Positions 25,359 to 38,191 of a stretch of 64,000 nucleotides of DNA are shown here, piece by piece. Each line of letters starts with the position of its first letter. Positions within the stretch are counted from its first letter, which is position 1. Source of the stretch: Novakomyces olei (lineage: Eukaryota); assembly GCA_016906335.1 (NCBI GenBank), contig JADEYG010000003.1, forward strand, positions 744,001 to 808,000, given 5' to 3'. A program made the translations under genes and the position numbers. Below the pieces are notes generated by a model. The model was not told where the DNA came from and did not search any database. It saw only the letters and a program-made list of their open reading frames with translations.

Positions 25359-26231
25359 TGATAGCAATTGCTTTTATTTTGTTTTATTTATAATTGTATA
25401 CTTTAAGACTAGAATTGCCAATTGATTGTTCATAACATCGGTTTAATCACCAAAACCATTTCTCATTCTAGTTGAAGTTTCATGCTTTACTGTATTTCAT
25501 TATGTACGATAGAATCGTGTTTTACTGTGACATCTGTATCGGCCAACCCCTCGAAGCAGTTCAAATAGCCACCATAAATTTCCCATTAGAACAAGTGTTT
25601 TGCTCAATGCTGCATGGCCTTTGAATGTCTCTGCTATACATTGTCTCACACAGACATGTTTCACCAGATTTCTTAATTAAGGATTCTATGCAACAAGGTC
25701 TTAGAGCGCACAAAACTGTTTCTGGCTTGTGGAATGTCCTGTGTCTGAGATTTGTCACCCATAGACAGTGAGACTTCAAATTAATCGAGTGTTTGTTCTT
25801 ATTTTGTACAATTTTTTTTCTGCTCATATTTTAGTTTGTATATGTTATTGTTTCGAAGCTCGGATAATTTTACAAACTTGACAGTATACAATCAAGCAGA
25901 TACTTGAAATTAAATAGGATTTTTTCCTCTATCAGCCTACAGGACTTTTGCACCAAGTGGCAGTACCTATAACGATATACATTAATAAGCAAACTAAGAA
26001 GACTACCCTTTCAAAATATCCATTCTTCATAAAAACAAAAAAAAACCAGAATCGAAACAGGGGGCAAAACCGTAGCAAAAAAAAAGAAAGGAAAAAGAAA
26101 ATTTCCTTTCAATAGAAAAACAGATATAATTAATTGGGAGCTCGGCGAAAAACAAACCAAATACTTAAATACCCACAAAGCAGTTGAGAAATGAATAAAA
26201 AAAACCCCAGACTAAGCAAGCCCATTACCCA

Positions 26232-28095
26232 TCAAAACCCATGTGTCCCAGATTCATAAGTATCAGACTCACGCAGCCTGTCCCATCCATCTTCGGACAC
26301 AGCATGCATGGAACCCACCATATCCGGCGTAGGAGGAACAGTCTGCCTTTGACTATTATCTACAAGACCACTTGCAAGGCCCGTGCCCGGATCATTATAC
26401 GATCTGCCCTTATGACGCAACCCATCGTCGTCATCATACCTTTCGGCATCAGGAACTGCAGTACATCCAAACCGACAGCCGAGCAAGAGATTAACCAATT
26501 TTTCTGGTGCAAATCGGCCAATTGTCGCGTATAAGCGAGCTCCGAGTCCGACGTAGACAACCCTAGGAGTCTCTCCAATGGGCGCACGAATAGCATCAAA
26601 AACTGCATTGTGCAAAGACCGCACCGGTGTTCCTCTCAGCCGAGGCCCATTACTGTTATTTGCATTGTCGCCAAAGTTACCATAGCCTGTAGCGGAAGCG
26701 TACATTTTACTATAGATTGATCGCATTTCCGGAGTCCATGAGAGCATATTGGCACGAGCATTAGCCGAGAGCAACTGAGACCGTGGCAGGTCAAGCAGGC
26801 CAGTTCGTACGTGAATCGCTTCAACGGGCGGGTTTATTTGGCAAAGTTCCCGGTACAGGCACTGCCATAGAGTTGCAAGGGCACTGGTGGATACGCTCTG
26901 TATACTGTGAAACGGAGGATTAAGCGCCGGCAAATTGTATGACGTAACCAAAACGAGTTTTGACTGATGCTCCCGGATCTGCTCGTAAGTACAAGAGTCA
27001 AAGCTAAAATAAAACAGTCATTCTCTGTCGCTGATCAAGTGCGTGATTAAAAACAAAATCTTGGCATCGAGACAATCATGCCGTAAAAGGTAGTGAAAAG
27101 GGATAAAAGGTTCTCCGCGTTGAACATAATTAATAGAAATCTTCCAAAAATGAACAAAATCTGACCATACCATGCATAGAAAAGACTGAACCAAGTTGAC
27201 CGTGCCAAACACGTTTACATAAAAGATATCGCGCCAATCGTCAAGTGGAATAGTCTCAACAGGCCCTGTCGTATACCCGATATCAGGCACAACAACAAGG
27301 CCCGCCAATCTCAAAGGCGGCGATGAGCCCGACATGACTGTTTGAACTTTGTCAATCGCCTGTTCCGACGCGTAAGGCTGCAAGAGTTAGAAACATTTCG
27401 ATTAGAATACAAACACAAAAACAAACACAAACACAAACAACATGTATGAATATAATCCAAAAATAATTATAAGTAAATAAATAGACAATCAAATTACATT
27501 TTGTGCATCCAAATTGAGCACATGCAAATCGCGTCGGCCTTCTTGTTCCAGGATATCGTGCTCGTGCGAGTTTGAAACAACGCAAAACATGACTTGGTTA
27601 CATTAGTAAGCGCGATAAACAGTGCCCTCCACTCATACCATAACCACGGCGTTCCAGATCAAAAGTGAGCGATTTGCCAACAGCGTCAGCCGTTGCACCG
27701 ACCATAAGAATCGCCTCCCGTCTGGCTCCGTTCAGCGCTCTTGGAGCCCGACGGCGCCTCAAGGCTCGCTTACGACGAGCACGGGTAACTGCAGCATAGG
27801 TAGCACTACCAGCAAGCGCAGTAGCAAAAAGCATTAGCCAGCGATGCTTATCCACAAAATTTGCCACTCGCTCATAAGCGCTGGCCGGTGGTGGAGGTGC
27901 GGGCCGGCTTTCTATTACGATCGTCGGCATTGCGAAATCACCATTAAAAAAACGTGTCCCCCACTCGTCCACCTGATCTGCAAACTCGGAGACCATATCT
28001 CCAAACTGGTGCAGTGGGGGCGCCACCTTGTCCCCCACCGACCGCAGGCCGTCCTGCACGTATATGAAGAACGCGGGCCACTCTTGATCGTTCAT
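26232..28095 (-). CDS. DUF1776-like fungal protein with an SDR-like fold and one N-terminal TM segment
   Basis: RRRRAPRALNGARREAIL...DLERRGY, LAGLVVVPD..GPVETI, PFHSIQSV, VVYVGLGARLYATIGRFAPE; three GT-AG introns. Confidence 0.75.
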
Positions 28096-28140
28096 GTGTA
28101 ACTTGTGCGTGGAGGCAGATTAGATTACCGTATGATAGAT

Positions 28141-28368
<228 letters not shown>

Positions 28369-28434
28369 TAAATATATGAATACAACACTTTTGTTTACAT
28401 ATAAACAAGCCCGTCGCGATGGCATAGCGGTGCA

Positions 28435-31145
28435 ATGGCAACATTCGTGGCGCCTCTGCCGACGGCGCAGGGAGACCGTCAGCATATTGAAGGGTCAGAC
28501 TCGGACTCCAATCTGGTCCCAGCGCCTTTACGGTTTGCAAATACGGCGTATACTGATATTTCAAATCATTTCCCGCCTTCGACAACCTTGGACGGCAAAG
28601 ATACCTATACACTAGACGAAGATCTGCCCGCGTACCGACGAACGGATGTACAGGTCACTGTTCGAGCAGACTCGGACGAAAATACTGTAAGTCTCAGAGT
28701 ATCCCAAAGGCCTTATTCCTCTGCTACTATATTATTTAAAAAAGTGATCGGGTCCTATATGTCGTACCTGCACTATGGATGGCTTGGCTTCGTCTGTTCC
28801 TCCCTTCTCTCGTCCTTTCTCTGCCTGCAGTATCGATTCTGGAGGCAATTCTATTTTTAATGGCTATTTTATCAAATTTGTACATGATCTATTATCTCTA
28901 CCGCCGCTCTAAATCGATACCGTTCTTTCTACCACGAATCTAACTCCACAGACTTCGAAACCGGACGAAGGGCGCACCGCGTTCACAATTGATGTGAGTT
29001 TGCCATTTTTGCCGACACACTAACTTGCAGACCCCCGTCGCAGCACAAAAAAAATTCAGCACGCTTCCGCGGCTCAATGCTGGCGGGTTATATAGCGGCT
29101 CTGTACGGCGGCCGCGAGGACGGCTGCTCCGGCTGGGCCGGGCTAAACGGGTCAGTCAAGGCCAGGAGGAGGAGGACGAAGAAAATGCTGGCCTTGAGCC
29201 GTTAGTCAGTGATCCTTCTGCTATTACAACGGCAAGTGCTGGACGCCTGTCGTCCTCACCACACTCGTCTTCCTCACCAGTTTCAGCCATCGGCAGCCAT
29301 AGCCTTTTGCCCAGCAATGGCCAGGCTATCGCAAGTCCTGGGAGCAAACAAATCGGGAGCCAGGCTGGAGCTGATCGTGCGGATGCGCTATCAGAATCAG
29401 ACCTTGGCTCTGAAAAAGAAAATCGGCCCGTGTTCACGACTCCAAGAGGCCCAAAGGACCAAGGCTTTCAAGCTCATCCTAGCAAACACGATATCGAGCT
29501 AATGCTGTCAAAGATGCGTCCGAATGGCGAGAGGATAATGAGGCAGCCGCTCTCAGAAAAAGGACAAATACAACAATTACATTCAATGGGGGATGAAGGA
29601 TTAGGTACGGCTACGAATCGGAAAACAGAACGAAACGGAATTGGTGCTTCACCAGTGAATAGGCAGACCAACTCTTCTACTGACGGCGAGAAAAGACATG
29701 TAAAATGGGCAGAGCAGGATATGCTTCAGCCAGCAAGAGGTTTTACTACGAAGGTACAATCCGTGTCCCCCGCCGGGAGACAGTTGCCAGTCGAGTCTAG
29801 TGCGGCTGTTGGTGCTGTTACGGGCAAGACTGTCCCCAACCATCCGCCTCCGCCTCTGCCCAGGATGCCCTCTCTCCTGCCTGCGAACAACAGTACGCAA
29901 GATCCATCTCGCTCGGACAGGCTGGCGAGTGGGACTGCCGTTTCTTATCAGCCGTCTGCTCAGCCACCTCAATCTATAGTGGAGGCAACTCCACAGCGGA
30001 GCAGACTAGCGTCTGCCTCGCGTAAAGATACAATTCAGATCAATGGTTTAGTGTACAACAAGCTGACCATAGTCGGCAGGGGAGGCAGTAGTAAAGTGTA
30101 CAAGGTGATTTCCCCGTCGAATTCTAAAATCTTTGCAGTGAAACGTGTCTCCTTTGAAAAGGCCGACGATGCTACGATCAACGGGTACAAGAACGAAATT
30201 GGTCTGCTTAAACGGCTGGCCGGACATGAACGTATTATAAACTTGTATGATTGGGAAATAAATGATCGCAAAGGCTACCTTGTTATGCTAATGGAGTGTG
30301 GAGAGATCGATCTGGCACACATGCTGCAAAAGCGCAATGGCTCCCCAGTAAACATGAACTTTGTGCGTTTATATTGGGAGCAAATGCTGGAGGCAGTTCA
30401 GGCAGTGCACGAGCAAAATATTGTACATTCAGATTTGAAGCCGGCCAATTTTTTGCTCGTTGAAGGGTCACTGAAGCTTATTGATTTTGGGATCGCCAAG
30501 GCCATTGGCAATGATACGACAAACATTCACCGGGACACACAAATCGGAACCGTAAATTACATGTCGCCCGAGGCGCTGGTTGAAACAGCGGCCAATCCTC
30601 TGGAAGGATCAGGGGCCGGTATGGTTAAATGCGGCCGGCCTTCTGACGTGTGGAGCCTGGGCTGTATCCTGTACCAGATGATATACGGGAAGACTCCTTT
30701 TTCGCATCTCAGTATGATGCAAAAAATACAATGTATTCCGAACGACAAGTACCCAATTTCTTTTCCCGCAACTGCAGTCCCTTTAGACGCTTCGCCAGTT
30801 GCGGAAGGGCCATTAAAAGCGAACGACTTTGAAGTTGATGGCGATCTGCTTCGTGTAATGAAGATTTGTTTGCAGCGCGATCAAAGGCAAAGGCCTACGA
30901 TCCCTGCGCTTTTACGCGATTCGTTTCTGCACCCGCATGAAAAGAAACGTTCTGTTTTCATGAGCGGTGAGCCAACTGCCGCCGTAACTGCGAGCCAGTT
31001 ACGTGTTTTGCTCAGTCGTATTTGCGAAATATCTGCACAAAACCAGCAGGGTTCGAGAGGAGGGCATTTATCGAGGGGACTGTCCCCTGATGAAATTGAT
31101 CTTTTGGCGCTGGAGGCTTTTGATAAACTGCGCTCAGAACATTAA
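28435..31145 (+). CDS. MPS1: Mps1/Mph1 spindle-checkpoint kinase (TTK family)
   Basis: ATG at 28435; introns 28687-28951 and 28994-29030; kinase motifs GRGGSSKVYKV, MECGEIDL, IVHSDLKPANFLLV, DFGIAKAIGNDTTNIHRDTQIGTVNYMSPE. Confidence 0.95.
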
Positions 31146-31371
31146 TGACGATACGCTTGTGCTTGGGCATTCCTTCAAAATCTTTTCATATAAGCAGGCA
31201 TGTTGGGCATGCGTACTATGGGGTTTAGGCGTTGATGATCTTTCGACAGTGATGTGTCGAGAACATATTTAGATCATGGTATATTATAATTGTATTTAGT
31301 GAATGAGTCTATTGTAATTTGTAAGGTCGATGGCCCCACATCGCAAGATTGTAGATGAAATGATGATGATG

Positions 31372-31420
<49 letters not shown>
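31372..31420. repeat. (ATT)n microsatellite preceded by (GAT)n
   Basis: Direct copies visible. Confidence 0.9.
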
Positions 31421-31424
<4 letters not shown>

Positions 31425-31505
31425 ATCATCTATTTACATCTGATGAAGCCACGCGCTCATACATAAATGAATCTTGTTTACAGTCGCGCGTGATTCTGCG
31501 CTTAA

Positions 31506-32186
31506 ATGGATCTGATTGGCGATAGGGCGACAACAGACTCGAGTTTACACAACAGTATTTCGGCCAACGAGTACGGACGGCGCGACAGTGGGCAAAACGG
31601 GCAAGAACGGGACTCAAATTCAGATGCAGAAAATAGGGTTACCAAAGAGACCCAAGTGTGGTACTGTCCCTATACAGTGGAGACATTAGAGGGAATCGAA
31701 TACTGTACGCGATATTATGCGTCGCGTTCGGGTCTCAGAAGGCACTATCGCTTTGAGCACATGTTAGATTTGCCAAAATCTTATTACCCCTTTGAAGATC
31801 GGCGACTGTCCAAAGATGTGCATTTAACGCGCTCTGAGCGTATAGCCAGAGCAAAACGCAATTTTGAGCAAAAGCATAGGGAAAAACGGAGAATTCGACA
31901 GAAACGTGCATTGTACGAGGATCCGGGCGCGCGGCCAGTGAACCGGAAACTCTGGCAGCGAGCGCAAGAGCTCGTTGTCTCTGAAATGCAGAGATCTCTG
32001 TATGGATCTGGGCCAATGCCTACTACAGCGACCAGAGATGGCATTGAGGGCAATAATAGCGATAAAAAAGAACCCAAAATTAGTACTATTACCCCCGGCT
32101 TGGACGAGGGGGCTATTTTTAAAACATACTGGCGTCTAGTTGAAACAGAGTTGGAGAAAAAAAACAAGTTTACTGCCCGCCGGTAG
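31506..32186 (+). CDS. Uncharacterised basic protein with one C2H2-like zinc finger
   Basis: 226-aa ATG-initiated ORF; CPYTVETLEGIEYCTRYYASRSGLRRHYRFEH followed by an Arg/Lys-rich helix. Confidence 0.65.
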   Translation: MDLIGDRATTDSSLHNSISANEYGRRDSGQNGQERDSNSDAENRVTKETQVWYCPYTVETLEGIEYCTRYYASRSGLRRHYRFEHMLDLPKSYYPFEDRRLSKDVHLTRSERIARAKRNFEQKHREKRRIRQKRALYEDPGARPVNRKLWQRAQELVVSEMQRSLYGSGPMPTTATRDGIEGNNSDKKEPKISTITPGLDEGAIFKTYWRLVETELEKKNKFTARR

Positions 32187-32256
32187 GGCTTTTAATATGA
32201 GTATGCACTTTAATATTCGCTCGCTACCCACTATTCATGGCCTTGCTTATATACAA

Positions 32257-33388
32257 TTACTTTTCAGCCGAGGGGTGGGCAGCTGCCCACTCTGCCTTTA
32301 CCGCATCAATGACCTGGGGAAACAGATGCAGAGGCGCGGCAATAACGCCCTGAGTATTAAACAGCTTCCGGCCACACCCAAAATCGAGCGGGCGGCCATA
32401 AATATCGCTTATACGTCCACCAGCTTCATGGACAATCACGTGACCGCTAGCGTGGTCCCAAATGTTTTCGCGGTACACGTCGTTGACGGGCAGGCGCAAG
32501 TAGATATCTCCATCACCACGAGCAATAGAAGCGTATTTAGCCTGGGAATCCATACGCGTAGGCGGCCGTACAATACCCAGTCTTGCAGCAATTCGAGCAG
32601 TCACGCTCTGGTCCGAGTGGCCGGCCTCTACTGACTCACAGAATCTCAGCTGAGCAGCGCTTGTCTCCTTATTCATATGGATACGTGTTGCAGCAGAAGC
32701 GTCTGATAACGGAGCAGAAAAGGCACCGCCGCCAACCGCGGCCCATACCAAAAGACCATCACGTGCACCTGGCACGTGATCAGAAGCTTCCTGGGCAGTA
32801 TGATTGGCGGAAAGGTTGGGGCAGCCAATCACGCCAAACTGCACTTGGCCGTCTTGGAGGAGAGCGAGGCACACAGCGTACTGGCCGCCACGTAGAAACC
32901 CTTTGGTGCCGTCAATCGGATCAAGAGCCCACATTCGGCCTTGAGAACCGCCGGGATAGTTCCCACGGTCGATCATTGCCAGCAAAGTCTCCTCGTCGGG
33001 AAAGGGCTTCTCCCCCGTTTTCTGTAAGGCTTTTTGTACCAAACCAAACACCTGTGAGCAAAGGTCCGGGTTTTCGCGTAACGCGTCCGCATCTTCTTCA
33101 CCCACGATTGGATCATTGGGGAAATGCTGCATCAGCGCGGCATTTATAATCGCCTGTGCTCCAAAATCCGCCACTGTAAAGCTCAGTATTGACATTTAAA
33201 TATTGACATTAATAAAAGGCTCGCGAATGTGTTTATCTTTCCATACCCGTGACTGGCGACTTGTCTTCTTTAGATATTGTGCCGTTTTTTGACTTGTGCG
33301 AAATAAGGTCGTCGAATACAGCGCGCGTAAGAGTGCAGGCACGCTGTACTGCCGCAATTGCGACTTTCTGCTCTGTGGCCAAACTCAT
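32257..33388 (-). CDS. MET22: 3'(2'),5'-bisphosphate nucleotidase (Met22/Hal2/Tol1)
   Basis: ATG at 33388; KEDKSPVT, intron, VADFGAQA; WALDPIDGTKGFLRGGQYAVCLAL; DSQAKY; ENIWDHASG. Confidence 0.95.
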
Positions 33389-33861
33389 TTTTGCTCGAGT
33401 TTGAAGTCGACAAATTTTATTATATCATTGACAAGGATACAATATATATATATTTTTTCATATATATTATTTTATACGCAAGATCCCTATAATAATTAAT
33501 AATTAATATAAATATTGCTGCTATTATTCTGTAACATGTACATTAAAATGTTGTGAATATAGATTGGACTTTGTCCTTATGGTAGAATGAATAAATTAGA
33601 AGCTCACAATTGCCTTAGCTGAATCCCCAGAGGATATGAGGGTTCGCTTGGGCTATATATATATAACTATATATTTTTGAGTGAGATCATGTAAAGGCTA
33701 AAGTCAAACAACTGACAGTCATAGTAGATTTGTCTTAATCGGTGAGTGACTGGACAAGTGTATTATAAGGGGATAATAGATTCATATTTCTACAACATAT
33801 ATATACAAATATACAAATATATAATAAATATAATATATTAGACGCAACTGCATACGCAACC

Positions 33862-34805
33862 ATGGACGAATTCGCGGCCGTCCAACTGTGCGAGCCAACA
33901 CACTATGACGCCTCCCGACTCAAACAGGGAGAAGTCTCTATGGGAACCACTATCTGTGCCGTAAAATACAAGGACGGAGTGCTTTTAGCTGCCGATTCCC
34001 GTACTACTTCGGGGCCAGTTATTGCGAACCGCGTGACTGACAAGCTTACGCAATTGCACGAACGTATCTGGTGCTGCCGCAGCGGGTCTGCCGCTGATAC
34101 ACAGGCTGTCGCTGATATACTAAACTACTACCTTGGCTTATATGCGTATGCTGAGCTTTTAGCGCCTCGATCTTTTTTAATTGCTATATTGGATTGGATT
34201 GACAAATCATTTCCTCGTGTCTTTTGCCTTTTATTTTGCCTCTGTCTTTGCCTTTTATTTTGCCTTTCTGATTAACGCTTTACCCTACTATCGCCTGTTG
34301 CAGCTTTCACTGACTGATAGATCTCAATTTGATCGAGAGCCAACGACAGAAGTTGCTGCAAATTTGGCTTCAGAAATGTGTTATACAAACCGCGAACAAT
34401 TGTCTGCGGGTCTCATTATTGCCGGTTACGATTCGCGTGTCGGTGGGTCAGTGTACTCTATTCCGCTTGGTGGATCCTTGCACAAACAAGATTTAGCTGT
34501 TTCCGGCTCTGGATCAACGGTACGTGTCGCTAAATGATATCTCTAACAAATACTCTAGTACATTATGGGGTACCTGGACAAATATTTTCGAGAGGATTTC
34601 ACAAAGGAGGAGGCAGTGGATTTTCTGCGTAATGCGATTGCTCTTGCTATGGAACGCGATGGCAGTAGCGGGTAAGTAATACGCTCTTTTTAACAAAGCT
34701 GATTTTTTTAGTGGTGTGATCCGTATGGTATCACTCACAAAAGACGGGATCGAGCGGTTCTTCTTCGCGGACAAAGATATTCCGCTTTACTTTAACCGGA
34801 ACTAG
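33862..34805 (+). CDS. PRE3: 20S proteasome catalytic subunit beta1
   Basis: Propeptide ...GEVSMG then [43 protein letters not shown]; three introns. Confidence 0.95.
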
Positions 34806-35276
34806 AAATACCGGTAGCTTTTACTAGCGTTTGGTTCCGTGGAATCAACAAGAGCAACGCTTCATTGGCAAAAGCTAGAATCGATTACAGATAGTAGTAA
34901 AGGGCAATGCTAATGGAATAACTTTGTCACACTGTGTGAAATAATGTACGTTTGGTAGCTGATATTTTCTTTCTCCTTGTCCTAAAATTCAAAGGCTAGA
35001 GACTTGTCGCCATGAATATTATGCATATTAAATTGTATCCTCAGCACACTTGCACAGCTCTCTTTAGCCTATACTTTGGCTTTGTTCAAGGCTACGTTTG
35101 CCGTCTAAATACTGCCATCTTTTGCCAAAAATCCGCAATCTGGCTTCACTCAACAGCTTTGCTTGCTCTTTAATCTAAAGACTTTATTTGCTTTTGATTT
35201 CCCAAAAAAAAAAGGTGATATTTATCTATTTTATATTCTCGATATTACATACACTTTTAATTTAATAAATTTCCTT

Positions 35277-36418
35277 CTACCATCCCAGTCCATCAGAGCT
35301 AGCAGCTCCCCATCCATTTGCATGCTGTCCCGGAGACATTGGAACATACTGATCATCATCAACACCAGTAGCAGCTCCATCGCCCCCATTGGCGTCAACG
35401 ACATCATCATCATCTTTGAACCCACTCAAGACCATTGCGAGTTTTTGCTGAAGGTACTTTATACCCTGGCGGACCACCTCATTCGGTGAAAGGCTTCCAA
35501 TAGTTTCTACATCAAAATAAAACCGTGTTGGCTCCGCATTATAATCAAACTTTTCTCCTGGCTGGGGTTCTTCTTCCCAATCCGCGTTTTTAGACTTTGG
35601 CCATTCTGCCTCTGCGTTATCTTCAAACCAATACTCTGTATGCCGTAATTTATTGTGCGGATCGTACTCAAAGGCAATCGCTGCTGTAGGAGACCATTTA
35701 GCATGTTCCTTTGCGAACCCCTTCTTCGCTATGCAGCGAATAACGAGCTCCTGTTCACGGCGTAATTTGCATAGCAATGGGCCTTTGAGATCGGGCTCGG
35801 CCAGAACCGGCTGGCCCAGCCCAGAACTCTGACTTCCCACTGCCGCCTCGACCACAAGGTCCTTTGCATACACGTCCATTGTCACATCTGAAGTGCATTT
35901 GGCTCTGAGTGTAAGTGTCACGGAACAGTTTTCGCAGTACTGGTCGCAGTCACAGTCCTTGATGTTAGTAATCAATAATATCTTGGTTCCCTATAGTGCC
36001 GTTATTTCAAACAAATTTGCAAAAGAGTTAGACGGCCCCCGCATGATCATACCCTGGTATAGAGGAGACCGGTGGGCGGGTCTGCGTCTATATTTGACGA
36101 GTTCAAGGGTATCATGCCCAGCCGGTGGGCAATAAACTCGTCTGCCAGCACAGACGTATTTTTTTCAATATCCACTAGATCGATGGCTATTTTGGTCAGA
36201 AGAGTAGCGCAAAATTGTGTTGAAATCTTACCCAGCGTGGGTACCTCTGCGATCATTATGCGCCGTAACGAATTTGCCAGTCTACAGATTAGCACAACGT
36301 TAAAACAGTACTGTGAAAGCCGCGCAACTCACTCCAAAGACGCATTTGAGAGAACAAAATTCACGTGATTGCCGCTGAGACTGCGGATCGTTACTTGCGG
36401 CCCTCGCGCTCGGCTCAT
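35277..36418 (-). CDS. RPB3: RNA polymerase II subunit Rpb3
   Basis: [45 protein letters not shown] zinc site, [14 protein letters not shown]; three introns. Confidence 0.96.
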
Positions 36419-36577
36419 TATGGATACGCGCGACTACTTTGCTCGATCAAAAAGTTGGCGTTTGTCGATAAAGTATTAGAGTATAGTTACTTGCCCATAA
36501 ACCGTTTAATATAACGAATAATAACATTATACTGTAATACAATAATGATTGTTCAATGATTATTCAACAAAATAATA

Positions 36578-36765
36578 AATATTCAATATTCAATATTCAA
36601 TATTCAATATTCAATATTCAATATTCAATATTCAACGTCCAAACAGCTATTCAATTATTCAATTATTCAATTATTCAATTATTCAATTATTCAATTATTC
36701 AATTATTCAATTATTCAATTATTCAATTATTCAATTATTAAATATTCAATATTCAATTATTCAAA
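36578..36765. repeat. Compound array of (TATTCAA)n and (TTATTCAA)n
   Basis: 7-mer copies followed by 8-mer copies in the RPB3/VAM7 divergent spacer. Confidence 0.95.
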
Positions 36766-36801
36766 TTGCCATGATCGGCACGATTGAGCGGTGACGCAAC
36801 G

Positions 36802-37826
36802 ATGCAGCAGCCGACAGAGATTCGTATCGTATCAACGGGCTCTGTAAGCAAAACCCTAAAAGGTCTGTCTAACAATTGCAGGTGAACCAGCCAAAACCGT
36901 ACACTGTATACAATATTGAAGTACGGAGGCCCGTGCACACTCACCATGTAAGCAAACGGTTTTCCGACTTTTGTGACTTGCACCGAACGCTGGAGCAGTG
37001 TGCGCCCTCTGCGCTAACGGCAAAATTGCCTCCGCGTCACGCAGTTTCTTCCTTTTTTTCGAGCACAGTGGGAAACGAGCGGCTACGGCAGGAGAGGTGT
37101 GAGCAATTGCAGCAGTACATTAATTCCCTGTCAAAATCCGCCTGTGCTGAAACTGACGCGTACCGCAAGTTTTTTGGCCTTGCTCTGGTACGCGAACCTG
37201 TGCGGGAAGCGCCGTTGCCGGACTGGCACGCTCTGATTGGCCAGTTACGCGAACTGCTGCAGACGTGTCGTGTCGTTGCCACAAACAGCAGCACAGGGTT
37301 TTCTGACTCTGCACGGGCACAGGTGAGAGCGTCAATGGTGCAGAGTACGAGGGCGCTTGAGCGTTTGGAAGCGCTTTTGCAGGAGTACGCGAGTGGAGCG
37401 TTGCGGATTGGTGCGGGCGAGTTACAGAGGCGGCGAGATCAAGTTTTGGCGTTTCAAAACGAAGTACGGCAGCTGCAGCAACTGCACGATCGGCTGAGGC
37501 AGAGTGCGGCTTTAAAGTCCGCTAATCCGCCTTTGAGCCAGCCTGTGCCCTCGGGCCAAGTCGGGACATCGGCCCGAGTATTGGGCCGGGCAAGGGCGGG
37601 TATGGACAATACCCAGTTGCTGGCAGAACAGAGCCGGCAAATGGAGCAGCAGGACACTGAGCTGGACGCTTTCCTCCAACTCGTACGGAGGCAAAAGGCT
37701 ATGGCGGGCCAAGTGGCCTCGGAGATTGATCTGCACAATGAACTGCTGGACGAAGTTGACAGAGGGGTCGGGGATTTGGATACAAAGATGCGTCGAGGCA
37801 AACGCAATATGGACCGGCTAAAGTAG
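36802..37826 (+). CDS. VAM7: Vam7-like soluble SNARE (PX domain plus Qc SNARE motif, no TM)
   Basis: ATG at 36802; intron 36844-36881; PX motif YTVYNI..KRFSDFCDLH..LPP; C-terminal QQDTELD...RRQKAMA..EIDLHNELLD. Confidence 0.88.
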
Positions 37827-38191
37827 ACGATAGACCAGGAGGTGCGAGAGAGCTTTATGGGGAAAGTATATTGACTATGTAGACGCGTACTTTACTGGCT
37901 TTAATAGAATGACGAGCATTGTTTGCATTACAGTTCAGGCAAATGGATAGCTGTTTACTGTGTGGAAAAGTTGGATCTTTTCAGTTTTTGTATTGATAGT
38001 AGTTAGCTGTAAAACTGCATGCTACAAAGTAGGGCTCACGGAGCCGGGATCAGCTAATTCACCATTGCACTTGATTTGCCCCATTGAAAGGATTATACAA
38101 GACAAAAAAAGAAAAAGGGATCCATTACACTAGATTCCTTTTCTTCTTTTCTGTATATCCTTCACCGTCCTTTTTTTCTTGTAGTAAAAAT

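Noticed and set aside
33280-33295. Suspected frameshift at the T-run in MET22 exon 1
   Set aside because: Recounting the run (six T) keeps the frame intact: HKSKNGTISKEDKSPVT
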